Below, piece after piece: positions 60,159 through 64,000 of a stretch of DNA of 64,000 nt; within the stretch, counting starts at the first letter, position 1; each line of letters begins with the position of its first letter. Made by a program: the position numbers and the translations under genes. A model generated the notes under the pieces. That model ran no database searches. It was not told where the DNA came from and saw only the letters and a program-made list of their open reading frames with translations. Source of the stretch: an uncultured Flavobacteriaceae bacterium (GTDB lineage: Bacteria > Bacteroidota > Bacteroidia > Flavobacteriales > Flavobacteriaceae); the NCBI GenBank assembly GCA_964398035.1, contig CAYNLI010000001.1:8785-72784 (forward strand). The letters are read 5' to 3'.

Positions 60159-61133
60159 TTATTTTTTCCTATCCACAACGTAATTCACCATAAGTTTCAG
60201 TGAGTTCTTATAGTCAGATTCTGGATAAGCATCTAAAAGGATAAGTGCTTCTTCTTTAAAACTGTGCATTTTTTTCTCAGCGTATTCCAAACCACCCAGC
60301 TCTTTTACAAAAGCTATAACTTCTTTAACCCTTTTTTTTTCCTTATTATGATTTTTCACGGAATTAATCACCCACTTTTTTTCTTGCTTGGAACAATGGT
60401 TTAAAACATGAATCAAGGGTAAAGTCATTTTTTGTTCCCTAATATCTATGCCAATGGGCTTCCCTATTTCATCCTCACCGTAATCAAACAAATCATCTTT
60501 TATTTGAAATGCCATTCCAATAAGCTCACCAAATTTTCTAAACGTTTCTACGTCTGGAGATTCTGGCCTTACAGAACAAGCACCAAGACTACAACAAGCG
60601 GCAATCAAAGTAGCTGTTTTTTGCCTGATGATCTCATAATATACATCCTCTGTAATATCCAATCGTCTGGCTTTTTCAATTTGCACCAATTCTCCTTCAA
60701 CTATCTCTCGCATGGCGGTAGATATGATTTTTAGCAAATCAAAATCATCGTTCTCTACTGACAATAACATTCCTTTGCTCAATAAAAAATCACCTACTAA
60801 GACTGCTATTTTATTTTTCCATAGGGCATTTACTGAAAAGAAACCTCTTCGTTTATTGCTTTCATCCACCACATCATCATGTACAAGAGAGGCGGTGTGT
60901 ATTAATTCTATGACTGAAGCACCCCTATAGGTGCGTTCATTTACTTCTCCGTTCAATAGTTTGGCCGTTAGAAAAACAAACATAGGTCGCATTTGTTTTC
61001 CTTTCCTATTTACTATATAATAGGTAATCCTATTTAACAAGGCTACTTTTGAGGACATGGACTTATGAAACTTTTTTTCAAAAAGCTCCATCTCTTCCCT
61101 TATAGGTTCCTTTATTTGAGATACAATTTTCAC
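60159..61133 (-). CDS. Polyprenyl diphosphate synthase (IspB-like)
   Basis: GKQMRP, HDDVVD..RRG, KTA, FQIKDD; GTG 61133 preferred. Confidence 0.92.
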   Translation of the reverse strand: MKIVSQIKEPIREEMELFEKKFHKSMSSKVALLNRITYYIVNRKGKQMRPMFVFLTAKLLNGEVNERTYRGASVIELIHTASLVHDDVVDESNKRRGFFSVNALWKNKIAVLVGDFLLSKGMLLSVENDDFDLLKIISTAMREIVEGELVQIEKARRLDITEDVYYEIIRQKTATLIAACCSLGACSVRPESPDVETFRKFGELIGMAFQIKDDLFDYGEDEIGKPIGIDIREQKMTLPLIHVLNHCSKQEKKWVINSVKNHNKEKKRVKEVIAFVKELGGLEYAEKKMHSFKEEALILLDAYPESDYKNSLKLMVNYVVDRKK

Positions 61134-61253
61134 TGGCAATCACCTTTCATTTGAGAAAAGTATTAGTTTAGTCGGATAAAAGTAATTAAAATAAAAAGCT
61201 TTGGGGTAACTATTAGCCAAGGCTCCGTTAAAATCTATTAAAGAAGAAATAGA

Positions 61254-62297
61254 TTATGACTTATTCGCCAATTGTCCGCAAGCGGCATCTATATCCTTTC
61301 CTCTAGAACGACGGACTGTTACTGTAATACCATTGGCTTCCAATATGTTTACATACATTTCAACAGCTGTATTAGATGCTTGTTGAAATTCCCCACCATC
61401 AATTGGGTTATATTCTATTAAATTTACTTTTGAGGGAGCAAAGCGGCAAAAATCTACCAAAGCGTCCACGTCTTTCTTTGAATCATTGATACCTTCCCAA
61501 ATTACATACTCATATGTAATTCGGCTTTTGGTCTGCTGGTACCAATATTGAAGTGCTTCTCGTAGATCTTTCAGGGTAAAAGTGGCATTAAAGGGCATTA
61601 TGGAAGTCCTGATTTCATCAATAGCGGAATGAAGTGAAACTGCCAATTTAAATTTAACCTTTTCATCGGCCATTTTCCTAATCATCTTGGGAACACCAGA
61701 GGTAGAAACTGTAATACGCTTAGAGGACACCCCCAAACCTTCTGGTGAGGTTATCTTGTCTATTGCCTTAAGTACATTGTTATAGTTCATCAAAGGCTCA
61801 CCCATGCCCATAAAAACAATATTGCTCAATGGCCTGTTATGATACAGTTTACTTTGATTATCTATGGCAACAACTTGATCATAAATTTCATCTGGGTTTA
61901 AATTTCGCATTCGCTTTAACCGTGACGTAGCACAGAATTTACAATCCAAGCTACACCCTACCTGACTTGACACGCAAGCTGTTGTTCTTTTACTTGTAGG
62001 TATTAAAACAGATTCCACAATTAAACCATCATGCAGGCGTATGGCATTTTTAATAGTACCATCCTTGCTACGTTGCATTGTATCTACCTCAATGTGGTTG
62101 ATTACAAAATTAGTATCAAGTAATTCCCTTGTTTCTTTGGATATATTGGTCATTCCATCAAAAGAATGGGCAGATTTCTGCCACAACCATTCATACACTT
62201 GGTTGCCCCTAAAGGCCTTATCCCCTTTTTCTCTAAAAAAAGTTCTAAGCTGTTCTTTGGTCAAAGACCTAATATCTTTTTTATGTTCAGTTTTCAC
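61254..62297 (-). CDS. rlmN: 23S rRNA m2A2503 radical SAM methyltransferase
   Basis: CVSSQVGCSLDCKFC, MGMGEPL, DIDAACGQL; GTG start. Confidence 0.96.
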   Translation of the reverse strand: MKTEHKKDIRSLTKEQLRTFFREKGDKAFRGNQVYEWLWQKSAHSFDGMTNISKETRELLDTNFVINHIEVDTMQRSKDGTIKNAIRLHDGLIVESVLIPTSKRTTACVSSQVGCSLDCKFCATSRLKRMRNLNPDEIYDQVVAIDNQSKLYHNRPLSNIVFMGMGEPLMNYNNVLKAIDKITSPEGLGVSSKRITVSTSGVPKMIRKMADEKVKFKLAVSLHSAIDEIRTSIMPFNATFTLKDLREALQYWYQQTKSRITYEYVIWEGINDSKKDVDALVDFCRFAPSKVNLIEYNPIDGGEFQQASNTAVEMYVNILEANGITVTVRRSRGKDIDAACGQLANKS

Positions 62298-62375
62298 CCT
62301 ACTATAGATAGAGAATCAAAAAAAATCCTACTTATTTCAATTTAATTTGATAAAGCAGGACTTTTAAGTTTATAT

Positions 62376-62400
62376 AGATTCCCGCTTTCACGGGAATAAC
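62376..62400. repeat. dRS3/REP-like palindrome AGATTCCCGCTTTCACGGGAATAAC
   Basis: ATTCCC-N8-GGGAAT at 62378-62397. Confidence 0.6.
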
Positions 62401-62408
62401 AATTACAG

Positions 62409-63458
62409 TTATAAAATTAACATGGCATCCCCGTAAGAATAGAACTTATATTGTTCCATAATAGCTTCTTTATATGCCTTTTTCATAAAATCATGCCCCA
62501 TAAAGGCAGAGACCATCATCATAAGTGTTGATTTTGGCAAATGAAAATTGGTTACCATACAAGTAGCAATACTAAATTCATGTGGAGGGAAAACAAATTT
62601 ATTGGTCCAGCCATCAAACGTATTTAATGTACCTGCTGAAGATACTGCACTTTCTAAAGCTCTCATTGCCGTGGTACCCACTGCACAGACTCTTTTCTTT
62701 CTTGTTTTGGCCGAGTTAACAATATCTGTTGCCTTTTCATCTATAATCAATTCTTCGCTATCCATTTTATGCTTGGACAAATCCTCTACCTCAACAGGGT
62801 TAAATGTTCCCAAACCAACATGTAGGGTCACCTCAGCAAAATCAATTCCTTTAATTTCTAAACGTTTTAACAGATGTTTAGAAAAATGCAGTCCAGCGGT
62901 AGGAGCGGCAACAGCACCTTCATGTTTTGCATAAATGGTCTGGTACCTTTCTTCATCTTCAGGCTCTACATCTCTTTTAATATATTTAGGAAGTGGCGTT
63001 TCTCCCAACTCTTTTAATTTTCTTCTAAAATCTATATAAGAGCCGTCATATAAAAAACGAAGTGTTCTTCCTCTAGATGTGGTATTATCTATAACCTCTG
63101 CCACTAAAGTGTTATCATCACCAAAATACAGTTTGTTCCCTATTCGTATTTTACGTGCTGGATCCACTAAAACATCCCATAGTCTTTGCTCTTCATTTAA
63201 TTCTCTTAACAAAAAAACTTCTATTCTGGCTCCAGTTTTTTCTTTGTTCCCAAATAATCTTGCAGGAAATACCTTTGTGTTATTTAACACCATAACATCT
63301 CCTTCATCAAAATAATTGATAAGGTCCTTGAACATTTTGTGCTCTATTTTTCCCGTTTCCCTATGCACAACCATTAACTTGGACTCATCTCTATGCTCTG
63401 CAGGATATTCTGCCAATAAGTTATCTGGAAGCTCAAAACCAAAATTTGATAATTTCAT
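62409..63458 (-). CDS. queA: S-adenosylmethionine:tRNA ribosyltransferase-isomerase
   Basis: [50 protein letters not shown]. Confidence 0.96.
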   Translation of the reverse strand: MKLSNFGFELPDNLLAEYPAEHRDESKLMVVHRETGKIEHKMFKDLINYFDEGDVMVLNNTKVFPARLFGNKEKTGARIEVFLLRELNEEQRLWDVLVDPARKIRIGNKLYFGDDNTLVAEVIDNTTSRGRTLRFLYDGSYIDFRRKLKELGETPLPKYIKRDVEPEDEERYQTIYAKHEGAVAAPTAGLHFSKHLLKRLEIKGIDFAEVTLHVGLGTFNPVEVEDLSKHKMDSEELIIDEKATDIVNSAKTRKKRVCAVGTTAMRALESAVSSAGTLNTFDGWTNKFVFPPHEFSIATCMVTNFHLPKSTLMMMVSAFMGHDFMKKAYKEAIMEQYKFYSYGDAMLIL

Positions 63459-63574
63459 ATGCTATTTTATTATTTTCCTCTATTTATAAAACTTCTATCA
63501 CAAAAAAAATTACAACTTAATAATCAATCAAATACATATATATCAAATGTTTTTAATCAACGTTTTTGCGGCTG

Positions 63575-63582
63575 CAAATATA
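63575..63582 (-). promoter_or_regulatory. -7 element (TATATTTG) for queA
   Basis: Reverse complement of CAAATATA; TTG -33 candidate near 63604-63606; implies a ~110-nt leader. Confidence 0.55.
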
Positions 63583-63629
63583 CAATCCCAACATAGGGGT
63601 TGTCAAGTAAATCCGCAATTAATTGGGAA

Positions 63630-64000
63630 TTAAAGTTTTTCAAAATTTATTTGAAGCTTTTCCATGTCCTTCCAAAAATCAGGGTATGATTTAGAGACTA
63701 CGCCCGCATCGTTTATTATTATTGATGTTTTTAATGCTAACGGAGCGAATGCCATGGCCATTCTATGGTCATTATATGTATCTATGCCTATGTTTTCTTT
63801 AATTACCGTAGAAGGTTCTAAAGTCAATGTTTTATCAGTCACCGTAATAGCAGCGCCCAGCTTTGAAAGTTCTGCATCCAAGGCCTCTAACCTATCTGTT
63901 TCTTTGATTTTTAATGTATGGAGCCCTGTAAGATAACACCCAACACCTAACCCAAAGCATGTAACAGCTATTGTTTGTGCTATATCAGGGGCATTTGCCA
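63630..64000 (-). CDS. aroA: EPSP synthase, 3' part (runs off window)
   Basis: Frame open to the window edge: PDIAQT, LKIKETDRL, YNDHRMAMAF, VSKSYPDFW. Confidence 0.93.
   Translation of the reverse strand, partial: ANAPDIAQTIAVTCFGLGVGCYLTGLHTLKIKETDRLEALDAELSKLGAAITVTDKTLTLEPSTVIKENIGIDTYNDHRMAMAFAPLALKTSIIINDAGVVSKSYPDFWKDMEKLQINFEKL

Noticed and set aside
63459..63574. queA leader as a preQ1 riboswitch
   Set aside because: Could not find the preQ1 stem and loop consensus; only AT-rich sequence. An Rfam scan would be decisive.
5..63936. Many antisense or alternate-frame ORFs in the six-frame track (e.g. 4909-5538, 43401-43895, 36735-37172, 21480-21908)
   Set aside because: They lie within well-supported genes and show no protein motifs; typical shadow ORFs.

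Overview
AT-rich core-chromosome segment of a Bacteroidota bacterium, most likely a marine Flavobacteriaceae. The evidence is gldB/gldC, porT, a T9SS plug-like gene, a short Bacteroidota-type RpoD, TAnnTTTG promoters and an Na+-NQR operon. It holds the nqrA-F/apbE cluster, pruA, trkAH, menG-porT, tamL-fbaA-accD, rpsO-pnp, rpoD-rpe-ypdA, tRNA-Arg(UCG), the dcw cluster (mraZ to ftsZ, yqeY), engB, gldBC, nadE, dnaG, an ECF sigma / membrane protein / beta-barrel operon, ispB, rlmN, queA and the 3' part of aroA. I found no CRISPR array, prophage, integrase or transposase. The interesting signals are intergenic. (1) A candidate ~70-nt sRNA lies downstream of rpoD (sigma54-like promoter, 5' hairpin, open seed, terminator). 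It carries a 17-nt sequence perfectly complementary to the intercistronic region of the ECF operon mRNA 26 kb away, and ECF-type promoters precede both the ECF gene and rpoD, so a sigma/sRNA circuit is possible. (2) Three spots carry gene remnants missed by the ORF track: a kinase/DinB deletion junction, a decayed outer-membrane protein 5' end and a truncated zinc-ribbon gene. (3) A YraN-like, apparently catalytically dead protein sits between nqrF and apbE. (4) There are several solitary REP-like palindromes, MraZ operator repeats and a structured pnp leader. All family calls come from motif recognition by eye; no database search was run.
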